Counted from the stretch's first letter, positions 27,119 to 37,493 are shown. The stretch is 41,656 bases of DNA from Candidatus Altiarchaeota archaeon (GCA_043800255.1 JAZDNF010000007.1:1-41656); one strand, 5' to 3'. The notes: generated by a model from the letters alone, not told the origin. A program made the numbers and translations.

Positions 27119-27843
27119 TAATAGACGCCAAAGGTCTGGGGTTCAGGGAATTGAACGAGAAAGTGAGGAAGGCCGTCGGCAGGGGAGCGAAGACTCTGAC
27201 ACTGAAGAACGTGAACGGCCAGAGGTACATCGGAGTCGGCCTGAGGGAGAAGGTGAGGATTGAAGTGCAGGGCGTCCCTGGGAACGACATGGCAGCCTTC
27301 ATGGACGGCCCGCAGATCACAGTCAGGGGGAACGCTCAGGACGCAGTCGGCAACACCATGAACTCGGGCGAGGTCACAGTGCACGGCTCGGCAGGCGACG
27401 TGATAGGATACGGCATGAGAGGCGGCAGAATATACGTGAGAGGGGATGTCGGGTACAGGATAGGCATACACATGAAATCATACAAAGACAATGTGCCGGT
27501 CATAGTCGTCGGAGGAACAGCTAGAGACTTCCTCGGAGAGTACATGGCAGGCGGCATCATAATCGTTCTCGGCCTGGATGCAGATAAGCCGCTGGCAGGA
27601 GAGTACATCGGCACTGGAATGCACGGCGGCAGAATATACCTGAGAGGGAAGGTCAAAGACTATCAGCTGGGGATGGAAGTGAAGGCGGAAAAGGCAGGGA
27701 AAAAGGATCTTGATGAGCTCAGACCCCATATACTAGAGTTCTGCAGGAAGTTCAAGCTGGATGAGAAGAGGGTGTTGGGCGAGGATTTCACAGTGTTGGC
27801 GCCGCACTCGCACAGGCCCTACAGCAGAGTCTATTCATATTAG
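27115..27843 (+). CDS. glutamate synthase domain 3 (GXGXG)
   Basis: GQRYIG, GVPGNDMAAFMDG, GYGMRGG and GEYMAGG repeats. Confidence 0.92.
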   Translation: MIIDAKGLGFRELNEKVRKAVGRGAKTLTLKNVNGQRYIGVGLREKVRIEVQGVPGNDMAAFMDGPQITVRGNAQDAVGNTMNSGEVTVHGSAGDVIGYGMRGGRIYVRGDVGYRIGIHMKSYKDNVPVIVVGGTARDFLGEYMAGGIIIVLGLDADKPLAGEYIGTGMHGGRIYLRGKVKDYQLGMEVKAEKAGKKDLDELRPHILEFCRKFKLDEKRVLGEDFTVLAPHSHRPYSRVYSY

Positions 27844-27862
27844 CAATCCTAAATCATACCCT

Positions 27863-28831
27863 ATGAGAAAGAGACTGTTTGTTGTCCTGGTCCTGCTTTT
27901 CACAGGATGCGTGCAGCATCAGGAGGAGATCAAGGAGACGAGGGCGCTGCTGGGCACAACAGTCACAATTACCGTGATGTCAGCCGACCCTGCCGCAGCC
28001 AGGAATGCAATCAACCTGGCGTTCTCCGAGATCGAGAGGATAGAGATGCTGTTAAGCAATTACAGGAACACGAGCGAGGTGTCGAAACTGAACAGGGAAG
28101 GTAAGATAGAGAATGCGAGTCCGGACCTGATTGTCAACCTGGAAATGGCTGACTACTACTCCAACCTGAGCGGCGGAGCGTTCGACATCACGGTGCAGCC
28201 CATACTCGACCTCTACGGCAGAACCTACAATATTGAGGGGAGGCCTCCCACGGAGGAGGAGATAGGAGAGGCACGTGAGCTGATCGATTACAGGAACATA
28301 AGAGTCGACGGCAGGAATGTGAGATTCGCGAAGGACGGGATGAGCGTCACCTTGGGCGGCATCGCCACAGGCTACGCGGTTGACAGGGCGGTTGAAGTCC
28401 TGAAGGATAATGGGATAGAGCACGCGCTCATCAATGCGGGCGGAGACATCAGGGCGTTGGGAAGCAAGGACAGCCTGCCGTGGACCATAGCATTGCAGGA
28501 CCCGAGGAACAAGACCAACTATGTCACGATGATGCGGTTGAACAACCAGTCCGTCACGACGTCCGGAGACTATGAGCGATACTTTGTCGAAAAAAAGGTA
28601 CACCATATAATAGACCCTAAGACAGGGTACTCTGCGATGGGAGTCATCAGCGTCACAATAGTGGCGGACGAGGCTATTGATGCCGATGCCCTTGCCACGG
28701 CAGTCTTCGTCCTGGGGCCTGAGGAGGGGCTGGCTCTGGTGGAAAACCTGACTAATATAGAGGGGCTTCTAATAACTGAGAATAAGACGTTAATCCGCTC
28801 GAGCGGGTTCCCAAAATACGAGGCCAACTAG
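27863..28831 (+). CDS. apbE: FAD:protein FMN transferase
   Basis: Lipobox FTGC, GAFDITV, LGGIATGYAVD, NAGGDI, TSGDYERYF, HHIIDP and ADALATA. Start placed at MRKRL. Confidence 0.93.
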   Translation: MRKRLFVVLVLLFTGCVQHQEEIKETRALLGTTVTITVMSADPAAARNAINLAFSEIERIEMLLSNYRNTSEVSKLNREGKIENASPDLIVNLEMADYYSNLSGGAFDITVQPILDLYGRTYNIEGRPPTEEEIGEARELIDYRNIRVDGRNVRFAKDGMSVTLGGIATGYAVDRAVEVLKDNGIEHALINAGGDIRALGSKDSLPWTIALQDPRNKTNYVTMMRLNNQSVTTSGDYERYFVEKKVHHIIDPKTGYSAMGVISVTIVADEAIDADALATAVFVLGPEEGLALVENLTNIEGLLITENKTLIRSSGFPKYEAN

Positions 28832-28834
28832 AAG

Positions 28835-30115
28835 ATGGTTTATTTGCCTGAAAACAAGCAGACCAGCGGGCTGCAGACGGAACAGATGAGACTGCCTGAG
28901 ACGGTTGTAATCCTGCTGAGGCAGAACATCGGAGCAGCATGCAACCCTACCGTGAAGGTCGGGGACAGTGTTCTTGCTGGGCAGAAGATAGGGGACACCG
29001 AATCATACTGTTCCGGCAGAGTCCACTCGTCAGTCTCCGGTGAAGTCACCGAAATCTCGAGCAAGCTGGCGCCGTTCGGGTGCGAAGTCCAGGCTGTCAC
29101 GATAAAATCAGACGGCGGAGACCAGTGGGAGGAGAAGAAGGGAATACCGGAGCCTATGAAAGCCTCCAGGGAAGAACTGTTGGAGGCGATAAGGGAGGCT
29201 GGCATCGTGGGAATGGGCGGCGCCATGTTCCCAACCCACGTGAAACTCAACCCGCCGAAGGATAAGAAGATCGACGCGCTCATAGTGAACGGCGCGGAAT
29301 GCGAGCCTTACATCACGTCAGACCACAGGACGATGCTCGAGCACCCTGACGAGATAATGGGAGGAGTCCGCATCCTCAGGAAAATATTGGGCGTCGGCAG
29401 GGTCTTCATCGGCATAGAAAAGAACGAGTGGGATGCGATAGACCTCCTGAAGGGCAGGGCGGGAAAGGAGGACATCAGGATAATGCCGTTGGACACCAGC
29501 TATCCCCAGGGAGCTGAGAAGACTCTAATAAACACGATACTGCACAGGGAGGTGCCTTCAGGCCGCCTTCCGATGGACGTCAACGCTGTCGTGCAGAACG
29601 TCAGCACAGTCAAGGCGGTGTACGATGCAATAGTCGATGGGAAGCCTCTGGTGGAGAGGAATGTTACCGTCGCGGGCGCGGTTAAGGAGCCCAAAAACCT
29701 GAAAGTCAGGATTGGCACGCCCTTCCAGGATATGATGGAGTACTGCGGCCAGGATGACAAAACCAGTAAGATAATAGCTGGCGGGCCTATGATGGGCGTG
29801 GCCCAGCCGCACGCTCAAGTGCCTGTGGTGAAGGGGACGACAGGCATCCTATTGCTCAGAGAAGCTGATTTTAACGTTGAGGAGAGGACGTGCATCAGAT
29901 GCTCGGAATGCATCAGAGCATGCCCTGCCTATCTGATGCCTAACATGCTCGCACTGTATTCGCAGCATGCAAGATACGATGACGCGATGTCATACGGTCT
30001 CACGGACTGCGTCGAATGCGGCAACTGCGCATACGTGTGCCCGTCGAAGATAAGACACGTCCACTGGATCAGGATGGCGAAGGCGAAAGCCTCAAAGAAG
30101 CCGGAGAAAAAATGA
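28835..30115 (+). CDS. rnfC: Rnf complex subunit C
   Basis: AGIVGMGGAMFPTHVK, NGAECEPYITSD, YPQGAEK, GGPMMG and two 4Fe-4S motifs. Confidence 0.95.
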   Translation: MVYLPENKQTSGLQTEQMRLPETVVILLRQNIGAACNPTVKVGDSVLAGQKIGDTESYCSGRVHSSVSGEVTEISSKLAPFGCEVQAVTIKSDGGDQWEEKKGIPEPMKASREELLEAIREAGIVGMGGAMFPTHVKLNPPKDKKIDALIVNGAECEPYITSDHRTMLEHPDEIMGGVRILRKILGVGRVFIGIEKNEWDAIDLLKGRAGKEDIRIMPLDTSYPQGAEKTLINTILHREVPSGRLPMDVNAVVQNVSTVKAVYDAIVDGKPLVERNVTVAGAVKEPKNLKVRIGTPFQDMMEYCGQDDKTSKIIAGGPMMGVAQPHAQVPVVKGTTGILLLREADFNVEERTCIRCSECIRACPAYLMPNMLALYSQHARYDDAMSYGLTDCVECGNCAYVCPSKIRHVHWIRMAKAKASKKPEKK

Positions 30116-31047
30116 ACCTGACAGTCTCATCATCGCCTCACATAAGGAAGAAGATAACGGTAGAGAACATAATGTGGACCGTTGCGGCTGCGCTGCTGCC
30201 GGCGCTGATAGCGGGGACTTACTTCTTCGGCGTCGGGGCGTTGTTGATCGTCCTCGTGTCCGTGGCGTCTGCAGTCATCGTAGAGTATGTGATACAAAAG
30301 CGTTCCAATAGGAAGGTCACGCTGGCCGACGGGTCTGCGGTGATAACAGGGCTCTTGCTGGGCCTCACGCTTCCGCCGACAGTCCCCCTCTGGATTCCGG
30401 TGGTGGGGGCCGCAGCCGCTTTAATAATCGGAAAGCACGTGTTCGGAGGGCTCGGGCATAACATATTCAACCCCGCTCTGGTTGGGCGGGCCTTCCTTGT
30501 TGCGTCATGGCCTGTGCTGATGACTACTTGGATTAAGCCGTTCGATGCCGTGACTTCCGCGACTCCGCTCGGACTGTCGAAGATGGGAGGGGAGGCTGCC
30601 CTTATGGCAGAGTTCGGAAGCAGGTTCAGCCTCTACTGGAAACTCTTCATCGGCAACGTAGGGGGGAGCATAGGCGAGACATCGGCGCTGCTCCTATTGG
30701 CTGGGGCAGGATACCTACTGTACAGGAGGATAATAACCTGGCACACTCCTGTAGCGTATGTCGTGACCGTGACCGTGCTAGCTTACGCCCTCAGAAGCGA
30801 CCCACTATTCAACGTCCTCTCCGGAGGACTCATACTGGGAGCCTTTTTCATGGCAACAGACTATGTGACGACGCCGCTGATGGACAGAGGCAGGATCATA
30901 TTCGGCGTCGGAGCCGGCATCATAACCATGGTGATCAGGCTCTACGGCGGACTGCCTGAGGGCATAACCTATTCGATACTGATCATGAACGCTTTCACAC
31001 CATTGATTGACAGGCACACTAAACCCAGGATATTCGGCAAAAAATGA
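30112..31047 (+). CDS. rnfD: Rnf complex subunit D
   Basis: SSSPHIR, FGGLGHNIFNPAL, DAVTSATPL (FMN site) and AFFMATDY. Confidence 0.95.
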   Translation: MNLTVSSSPHIRKKITVENIMWTVAAALLPALIAGTYFFGVGALLIVLVSVASAVIVEYVIQKRSNRKVTLADGSAVITGLLLGLTLPPTVPLWIPVVGAAAALIIGKHVFGGLGHNIFNPALVGRAFLVASWPVLMTTWIKPFDAVTSATPLGLSKMGGEAALMAEFGSRFSLYWKLFIGNVGGSIGETSALLLLAGAGYLLYRRIITWHTPVAYVVTVTVLAYALRSDPLFNVLSGGLILGAFFMATDYVTTPLMDRGRIIFGVGAGIITMVIRLYGGLPEGITYSILIMNAFTPLIDRHTKPRIFGKK

Positions 31048-31580
31048 ACAACGACGTTAAGGCTATACTGACGCTGGTGATAATCTGCGCAGCATCTGCG
31101 GCGGGACTGTCGGTAGCCTACAGCATAACCTCTCCTGTGATAGAGGATAACAGGATGGGTGGCATAAGGTCAGCTCAGAAGGAGGTTATGCCGGCCGCAG
31201 ACACGTTCAAGGAAATATCAGACGAGAAAATCATGATAGGCGGGGTAAAAAACGTTTTCGAGGCTTCAAGCAAAGACGGAAATCTGATCGGTTATGTCAT
31301 AGTGACCGAGGCGAAAGGTTTCCAGGGCGGTATACGCATCATCTTCGGCGCTGACACTGGCGGAGCAATCACCAAGGTGAGAATCCTGGAGAATGTCGAG
31401 ACTCCCGGGCTGGGCTCAAGAATAAATGAGGAAGATTTTTTGAAACAGTTCGAGGGAAAAGCATTCGTGGACGATGAGCCGAAAGTGGATGCGATAACCG
31501 GTGCGACAATATCCTCAAGCGCTGTTATCGAGTCCGTGAAATCAGGCTTAAACAATACGTTGAGCGCGGTGAGAGAATGA
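31044..31580 (+). CDS. rnfG: Rnf complex subunit G
   Basis: N-terminal TM helix, ETPGLG and DAITGATISS. Confidence 0.93.
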   Translation: MNNDVKAILTLVIICAASAAGLSVAYSITSPVIEDNRMGGIRSAQKEVMPAADTFKEISDEKIMIGGVKNVFEASSKDGNLIGYVIVTEAKGFQGGIRIIFGADTGGAITKVRILENVETPGLGSRINEEDFLKQFEGKAFVDDEPKVDAITGATISSSAVIESVKSGLNNTLSAVRE

Positions 31581-32182
31581 ACGCCACAAGAGATCTCATA
31601 AGGGGGCTGTGGGAGGAGAACCCCACCTTCGTTTTGATGCTCGGCCTCTGTCCGACCCTGGCAGTGACCACGTCCGTGGTGAACGGATTCGCGATGGGGG
31701 TGGCCACAACCTTCGTTTTAGTCTCATCAGGCCTGGTAATATCCTCCATACGGAGGTTCATACCGAATGAGATGCGGATTCCCTGCTACATCGTCATAGT
31801 CGCCACTTTCGTGACGATTGCCGACATGTTCCTGGCAGCATACTATGTTGACATCCACAAGGTTCTCGGATTGTACATCCCATTAATCGTCGTCAACTGC
31901 ATCATACTGGGCAGAATAGAGGCGTTCGCCTCAAAGAACCCGGTCACCAACTCTCTGGCAGATGCCATTGGCATAGGCTTGGGTTACATGTGGGCTCTGA
32001 TGCTGGTAGGCTCTGTCAGGGAAATCCTCGGTGCCGGCACGTTTTTGGGTTTTGACGTATCGTCAGGGATATTCAACCCGGCGGCGGCGTTCATAATGCC
32101 TGCGGGAGCGTTCCTGACCATAGGATTCATGATGGCGTTCTTCAACAGAATGTTCAAGAAAAGATGGAAAACCTGCTGTTGA
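31577..32182 (+). CDS. rnfE: Rnf complex subunit E
   Basis: LGLCPTLAVT and IPLIVVNCIILGR. Confidence 0.94.
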   Translation: MNATRDLIRGLWEENPTFVLMLGLCPTLAVTTSVVNGFAMGVATTFVLVSSGLVISSIRRFIPNEMRIPCYIVIVATFVTIADMFLAAYYVDIHKVLGLYIPLIVVNCIILGRIEAFASKNPVTNSLADAIGIGLGYMWALMLVGSVREILGAGTFLGFDVSSGIFNPAAAFIMPAGAFLTIGFMMAFFNRMFKKRWKTCC

Positions 32183-32739
32183 TATTCCTCGGGGCTGCGG
32201 TGGTCAACAATTTCGTGCTCTACAGATTCCTAGGGCTTTGCTCTTTCCTAGGCATCTCAAAGAAGACCAAGTCCGCATTTGGCATGGGGCTCGCGGTCAT
32301 CTTCGTCACGACGATAACGTCGGTCGTAACATGGGCGGTCTACAACTATCTGTTGAATCCGTTCGGCCTCCGCTTTCTGGAGTATGCCGTGTTCATACTT
32401 GTGATTGCGACGCTGGTTCAGATGATAGAGGCGTTCCTAAGGAAGAAATTCTACACAATCTATGAGAGTTTCGGCATCTACCTGCCTCTGATAACCACAA
32501 ATTGCGTGATACTCGCGGTTGCCATACTGAACATAACAAATGACTACGATTTTGTCGAGAGCACAATCTTCTCTGTCGGCGCTGGCGTAGGCTACACGAT
32601 GGCGCTGCTGATCATGTCTGGCATAAGAGAACGCCTTGAGCTGGCCGATGTTCCAGAGTCCTTGGACGGCATACCTCTCGCCTTTATCATAGCAGGCATT
32701 CTGGCGTTGGCTTTCTCAGGTTTCGGGGGCATAACATAA
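32164..32739 (+). CDS. rnfA: Rnf complex subunit A
   Basis: [23 protein letters not shown] and GIRERL. Confidence 0.94.
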   Translation: MENLLLIFLGAAVVNNFVLYRFLGLCSFLGISKKTKSAFGMGLAVIFVTTITSVVTWAVYNYLLNPFGLRFLEYAVFILVIATLVQMIEAFLRKKFYTIYESFGIYLPLITTNCVILAVAILNITNDYDFVESTIFSVGAGVGYTMALLIMSGIRERLELADVPESLDGIPLAFIIAGILALAFSGFGGIT

Positions 32740-32740
32740 G

Positions 32741-33520
32741 ATGGCAGACGCCGTAATCTACTCTGTAGCTGTTCTGGGTGGCATGGCGTTAGCTTCTGCC
32801 GTAATGCTGATCTACTTTTCAAAAAAGTTTGCAGTAGCATCCGACCCGAGAATAGATGCCATACTCGCCGTCCTCCCTGGCATGGACTGCGGCGCCTGCG
32901 GGATGGCAGGCTGCAAGGCGTTCGCGAACGCCCTGGTGAATGATAACGCTCCGATAAATGGATGCGTTGCCGCCAATCCGGATGCCATAAAAAAGATTTC
33001 AAGCATATTAGGCAAGGATGCTGAACTCAGGGAAAAGAAAGTCGCGAAGCTGATGTGCAGCGGAGGCGCGAAACTCAAGGGTTTCAGGTATGACGGCATC
33101 CCAGCATGCAATGCAGCCAACCTGGTCGTCGGAGACTACAGGAGCTGCAGGTTCGGGTGCCTCGGCTTCGGAGACTGCGTGAGAGTCTGCCCTTTCGGTG
33201 CCATACGGATGGAGAACAATCTGCCGGCGATTGATGAGAGCAAGTGCACAGGATGCGGGCTGTGCGTGCAGGAGTGCCCCAAAAAACTGTTCAAGCTGAT
33301 AAAGTCATCAGCGAAAGTCTACGTCAAATGCATGTCAACCGAAACCGCCGAGCGGGTCTGCCAGCTGGGCTGCATATCCTGCAGGATATGCGAAAAAGCC
33401 TGCCCCGCGAAGGCCATAACCATCGCAGACAACCTGGCGAGGATAGACTACAGCAAATGCATAAACTGCGGCATATGCGCGAAAAAATGCCCGAGAAAAA
33501 TAATAGCATTCAAAGACTGA
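32741..33520 (+). CDS. rnfB: Rnf complex subunit B
   Basis: [25 protein letters not shown] and several 4Fe-4S motifs. Confidence 0.94.
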   Translation: MADAVIYSVAVLGGMALASAVMLIYFSKKFAVASDPRIDAILAVLPGMDCGACGMAGCKAFANALVNDNAPINGCVAANPDAIKKISSILGKDAELREKKVAKLMCSGGAKLKGFRYDGIPACNAANLVVGDYRSCRFGCLGFGDCVRVCPFGAIRMENNLPAIDESKCTGCGLCVQECPKKLFKLIKSSAKVYVKCMSTETAERVCQLGCISCRICEKACPAKAITIADNLARIDYSKCINCGICAKKCPRKIIAFKD

Positions 33521-33679
33521 GCCTGCTCCTGTGCCTGCGTCAGCTCCCTCCTCTGGCAAAGCAGCCTGAGAAGAGCACAGGAAAAGCCAGCATTAACGCA
33601 ATCCTTGCCATTATTGTTAAAAGATTGCGGGACTGCCTATTTATAATAGTATGCTCTATTTTTTTACTCGGTCTGTAAG

Positions 33680-34561
33680 ATGAGACGGTTTTGGAAGATT
33701 GCTATCGCGTTGGCGGTTCTGGGGCTTATCCTACTGGTGGCTCTGCCTGTCGCCTATCTGCTGTCGGTTGAGGATTTGAACCTGTTCGGGGACACGATAA
33801 TGATCATCCCGGTGAAGGGGATGATAACATTGGACGAGTGCAGTGCGGGGCTGATAGCAGCAGGACAGTGTGCGCAGGCGTCAGTCATAAAAGAGCTTCT
33901 CAGGGAGGCTGATGAGGATTCAACGGTCAAGGCCGTCATACTGGACATCAACAGCGGAGGCGGCGCCATAGTCGCCAGCAGGGAGCTGATGAGAGCGGTC
34001 AAGAGCACCGAAAAGCCAGTGGTCGCTTGGATCGGGGAGAGCGGTGCGTCAGGCGCATACTATGTCGCATCCGCAGCCGATGTAATAGTCGCAGACAGGG
34101 ACTCGATAACCGGGAGCATCGGAGTCATCGCCGAATTCGTGCACTACAGCGGCCTGATGAACAAGATAGGAGTCAATGTCACAGTGATAACGTCAGGCGA
34201 ATACAAGGACGTCGGCAGCCCCTTCAGGGAGATGACTGAGAAGGAGAGGGACAGCATACAGGAGCTGATAGACGAGATACATGCTGATTTCATATCCGAT
34301 GTCGCGGAGAACCGGAACCTTTCGGTGAAGTATGTGACCGAACTGGCTAACGGTGACATCTACCTGGGGAGCGAAGCGCTCCAGCTGGGCCTCGTCGACT
34401 ACAACGGAGGCTCGGACTTCGCGCTGGAAATCACGAAAGAGATCGCGAACGTCACAGGCGAGCCTAAGATACGGGAGGTGGAGGGCACAAAATCCTGGAA
34501 GGAGATACTCGACAGGCTCTCAGCCAACATAGGATACGGGATAGGAAGAGGCTTACGATAA
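33680..34561 (+). CDS. sppA: signal peptide peptidase (S49)
   Basis: INSGGG, ASGAYYVAS, TGSIGV and SGEYKD. Confidence 0.93.
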   Translation: MRRFWKIAIALAVLGLILLVALPVAYLLSVEDLNLFGDTIMIIPVKGMITLDECSAGLIAAGQCAQASVIKELLREADEDSTVKAVILDINSGGGAIVASRELMRAVKSTEKPVVAWIGESGASGAYYVASAADVIVADRDSITGSIGVIAEFVHYSGLMNKIGVNVTVITSGEYKDVGSPFREMTEKERDSIQELIDEIHADFISDVAENRNLSVKYVTELANGDIYLGSEALQLGLVDYNGGSDFALEITKEIANVTGEPKIREVEGTKSWKEILDRLSANIGYGIGRGLR

Positions 34562-34562
34562 A

Positions 34563-34754
34563 ATGGGTAGCATAAAACACACCTACATAAAGAGGATTGC
34601 CAACAAGCTGTTGGAAGACCATAAGAGCGAGTTCAACAAGGACTTCGAGCTCAACAAGAAGAAGGTCAACGAGTACACGACAGTCAAGGGCAAGACCATA
34701 CGGAACAGGATAGCAGGATATATCACGAGAGTCCTGAGCACGGAGTCAGCCTAA
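34563..34754 (+). CDS. rps17e: 30S ribosomal protein S17e
   Basis: MGSIKHTYIKR...DFELNKK...IRNRIAGYITR. Confidence 0.96.
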   Translation: MGSIKHTYIKRIANKLLEDHKSEFNKDFELNKKKVNEYTTVKGKTIRNRIAGYITRVLSTESA

Positions 34755-35530
34755 AGGGTGATGCACAGCTGACGGTAGCTGCAGGCAGGGCACTTTCCGC
34801 TGTCTTCTATAGGCTCAGGGACTGCGCCGTCAAGTATCCCTAACACACTGTCCCTTGCGAGTATGACCTCCCTCCTGAGCTTCTCGGAGGCGAGGACAGG
34901 CTTCGACTCCTGAGACCTCACATACTCCACATAGCCGTAGTCTATCTTCTGGTTGAATTTCTCCTCCAAGAGCATGGCGTAGGCGCAGACTTGGATGGCG
35001 TCTCCGCTCCACACTCCCTGGGGAGGCTGGCCTGTCTTTATCTCAACAGGGAATATGCTCTCATGGCGCATGACCTTGTCAACCCTTCCCGACAGTTTCA
35101 GGCTGTCAGACCTGACAGTATACTCGACCCTCCATGGGGTGATCTGCTTTACAGACTCCGCGAGGCCGAGCTGGCTTACCATGGTCCTAAGCTTGAAAGC
35201 CATGGCAGATATCTCCCCCTCAACCTGCGCTCTGATCTCATCGACGAATTTCGCGTAATTCAGGTCCCAAAGCATCTCCCTGTAAATGTAGGGCGCGTCT
35301 TCGAGAACCGTTTTGAGTTCATCCATCAGACGTTCCTCCACCCTGCTCAAGTCGCCGGCACACTCAAGGACCCTCGGCTGCCTGATGCTCAGCTCCTTCC
35401 GCACCGCATGCCCTAATAGCCCCCTCACCATCTCCTCGGTCGGCTCAGGCTTAAGGCGGAGAGCGTCCCTCAGATAAACGACTCTGGGGCAGTATTCGAG
35501 CGTGTTCAATGAGGAGACGTTGACTTTCAT
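34751..35530 (-). CDS. cas4: solo Cas4-like RecB-family nuclease
   Basis: YCPR, G...H, LSGRVD, PVEIKTG, QVCAYAMLLE and C-terminal CxxCxxxxxC. Confidence 0.88.
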   Translation of the reverse strand: MKVNVSSLNTLEYCPRVVYLRDALRLKPEPTEEMVRGLLGHAVRKELSIRQPRVLECAGDLSRVEERLMDELKTVLEDAPYIYREMLWDLNYAKFVDEIRAQVEGEISAMAFKLRTMVSQLGLAESVKQITPWRVEYTVRSDSLKLSGRVDKVMRHESIFPVEIKTGQPPQGVWSGDAIQVCAYAMLLEEKFNQKIDYGYVEYVRSQESKPVLASEKLRREVILARDSVLGILDGAVPEPIEDSGKCPACSYRQLCITL

Positions 35531-35895
35531 AGTAACCTAACATCTTCAGGCCCGGATGGGACCAACTCCAGCCTGCCGTTATAGGTCTGAAGCTCTCCTA
35601 TAACCTCTAAAGTCTTATCTGTGCTGAGATTATCCCCCAAGATTGAGGCCGAACCATAGGGAATGTAAACTTCAACCTCTCCGCTGCCGTCAGACAATGT
35701 CAGCAGGATCGAGCCGCCCTCGAACCTGTGCACTGCCAGGACTTCGCCCCTGACTTTGACGTTCTTCCCCAGGTTGTTGGAATCGAGTGAGGATATGCTG
35801 CTGGCAGGCGGGGTAAGGCTCTCTGAGACGTAAGACAGAATCAATAGTCCGATGATGGATGTGAGGAGCGCTAGATTCAGAACTTTGTTGCTCAT
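35527..35895 (-). CDS. membrane-anchored OB-fold protein
   Basis: N-terminal TM helix, GKNVKVRGEV, LSDGSGEV and VIGELQTYNGRLEL. Confidence 0.8.
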   Translation of the reverse strand: MSNKVLNLALLTSIIGLLILSYVSESLTPPASSISSLDSNNLGKNVKVRGEVLAVHRFEGGSILLTLSDGSGEVEVYIPYGSASILGDNLSTDKTLEVIGELQTYNGRLELVPSGPEDVRLL

Positions 35896-35897
35896 TC

Positions 35898-36056
35898 TCA
35901 GCCGGTTGAGCCTGTAACCCTCTTCTTGTGCTTCCTCCTAATCTTGAAGGGTTTGCCGCACTTCCTGCATATTGTGGCGTTGACAGGATTCTTGGCATTG
36001 CATTTCATGCACACGCCCTTGAAAATCCTGATCTCAGCCTCTGGAAATTTTCCCAT
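35898..36056 (-). CDS. rpl40e: 50S ribosomal protein L40e
   Basis: [34 protein letters not shown]; this is the C-terminal part of track ORF 35898..36389. Confidence 0.93.
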   Translation of the reverse strand: MGKFPEAEIRIFKGVCMKCNAKNPVNATICRKCGKPFKIRRKHKKRVTGSTG

Positions 36057-36110
36057 CTTCTGAAAGTATAATATTAAGCTTTTTATGATATAAAAACCAA
36101 TAAAACTGTC

Positions 36111-36557
36111 ATGATCAGGCCAGGTTGGGATGAGTATTTCTCTACGATAGCCGATGACGTGGCCAAGAGGTCGACCTGCATGAGAGAGGGCAGGCAGTAC
36201 GGTGCGGTCATAGTCAACGACAAGAGGGAGATAGTTGCGACAGGATACAACGGCGTCATAAGGGGCGCCTCCCACTGCGAGGACATAGGGTGCATAAAAG
36301 ACGAGCTTGAGATAGACAGCGGAATGGGCCACGGCATATGCCCAGCAGTACATGCGGAGCAGAACGCCCTCATACAGGCCGGACGGCACTCCGAGGGCGC
36401 GACAATGTACATAAACGGCTACCCGTGCAAGATATGCGCAAGGCTCATAGTGAACGCCGGGATACAGAAGGTTGTAATCTCAGGAGACTACTCCGACAAG
36501 GACGGTCTCAGCATACTAAAAGATTCAGGCCTCGAGGTTCTCATACTGAAAAAATGA
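36111..36557 (+). CDS. dCMP deaminase family protein
   Basis: [23 protein letters not shown] and PCKIC. Confidence 0.93.
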   Translation: MIRPGWDEYFSTIADDVAKRSTCMREGRQYGAVIVNDKREIVATGYNGVIRGASHCEDIGCIKDELEIDSGMGHGICPAVHAEQNALIQAGRHSEGATMYINGYPCKICARLIVNAGIQKVVISGDYSDKDGLSILKDSGLEVLILKK

Positions 36558-37102
36558 AGCTCGTGATCGGCCTCATAGGCGAGATAGCATCAGGCAAGGA
36601 TACTGTGGCCGAGCACATCTCGAAAGAATACGGAGCCAGCGTCTACAGGTTCTCTGACGTCCTGAGAGACGTCCTCCGCAGGCTCCACCTCGAGAACACG
36701 AGGGAGAACCTGCAATCCATCGGAGTGTCGATAAGGCAGGCCTTCGGCGTCGGAGTCCTCGCAGACTGCATCAGGGAGGACATGCTGGAGGACACATCAG
36801 ACCTAATAGTTGTTGACGGCGTCAGATACGCTCACGAAGCTGAAATGGTAAGGTCATTCGAAAACAACCTCCTGTTATACGTCACCGCGCCTGAGAACAT
36901 GAGGTACAAACGCGCGGTGGGTAGGGGAACGAGAGGCGAAAAGAAAATCAGCTTCGAGCAGTTCAAAAAGGCAGGGGAAGGCGGCACAGAGGGCATGATA
37001 AGGCAGATAGCAGGGCAGGCTGACCATACTATAGAGAACACCGGAACAGTCGAAGAGCTCTGCGGGAAAACGGACAAGATAATAAAGACGAAACTAGTCT
37101 GA
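36554..37102 (+). CDS. P-loop kinase (dephospho-CoA/nucleotide kinase-like)
   Basis: Start MKLVIG, GEIASGKDT, VVDGVR..E and IENTGT. Confidence 0.8.
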   Translation: MKLVIGLIGEIASGKDTVAEHISKEYGASVYRFSDVLRDVLRRLHLENTRENLQSIGVSIRQAFGVGVLADCIREDMLEDTSDLIVVDGVRYAHEAEMVRSFENNLLLYVTAPENMRYKRAVGRGTRGEKKISFEQFKKAGEGGTEGMIRQIAGQADHTIENTGTVEELCGKTDKIIKTKLV

Positions 37103-37258
37103 AACGCCGGCGAGAACGGACCTCAACTCATCCTCAGTGAAACCAGCCTTAGGCCCAAGATACCTGACATACTCCGATTTAGGCCTCCCAGCAACCCAAC
37201 TCGTCTTATACAGGTAAAGATACTCCCTGCCCCTAATAGTCTTCGTCATAACCCACAT
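37094..37258 (-). CDS. small hypothetical protein, putative nucleic-acid-binding beta-sheet
   Basis: MWVMTKTIRGREYLYLYKTSWVAGRPKSEYVRYLGP; the KTI.G..Y.Y...YLG pattern recalls mobile-element-associated small domains. Confidence 0.55.
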   Translation of the reverse strand: MWVMTKTIRGREYLYLYKTSWVAGRPKSEYVRYLGPKAGFTEDELRSVLAGVSD

Positions 37259-37493
37259 CTTGATAAAATGAATATCTCTTCTGTTCTTTAATAAATGTGT
37301 GATCATTGCAGATAAGTGTACCTATTCCCGCTGTCTGCTAAATATTTGTTCATCATGTTTCTCTTGCTCTCTCCCAGATCTACTTTATATTTTTTGTTCA
37401 CATTGTTAAGCGGGTGAAAGGGGAAGAGTGCAAAGCCAAAAAAATCGACAGCTTTTTATACTCTCCCCCATAAGTAAAATGTGGGTGGTGTGA

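Noticed and set aside
33540-33611. Minus-strand 23-aa ORF MARIALMLAFPVLFSGCFARGGS with a lipobox-like motif
   Set aside because: Signal peptide only, with no mature domain; at most a gene relic.
36057-36412. Long minus-strand ORFs over the dCMP deaminase, and similar nested ORFs across the window
   Set aside because: Antisense or off-frame shadows of well-supported genes in GC-rich DNA, with no recognisable motifs.
34563-37400. CRISPR array or cas operon near cas4
   Set aside because: No repeat-spacer periodicity and no other cas genes seen anywhere in the window.
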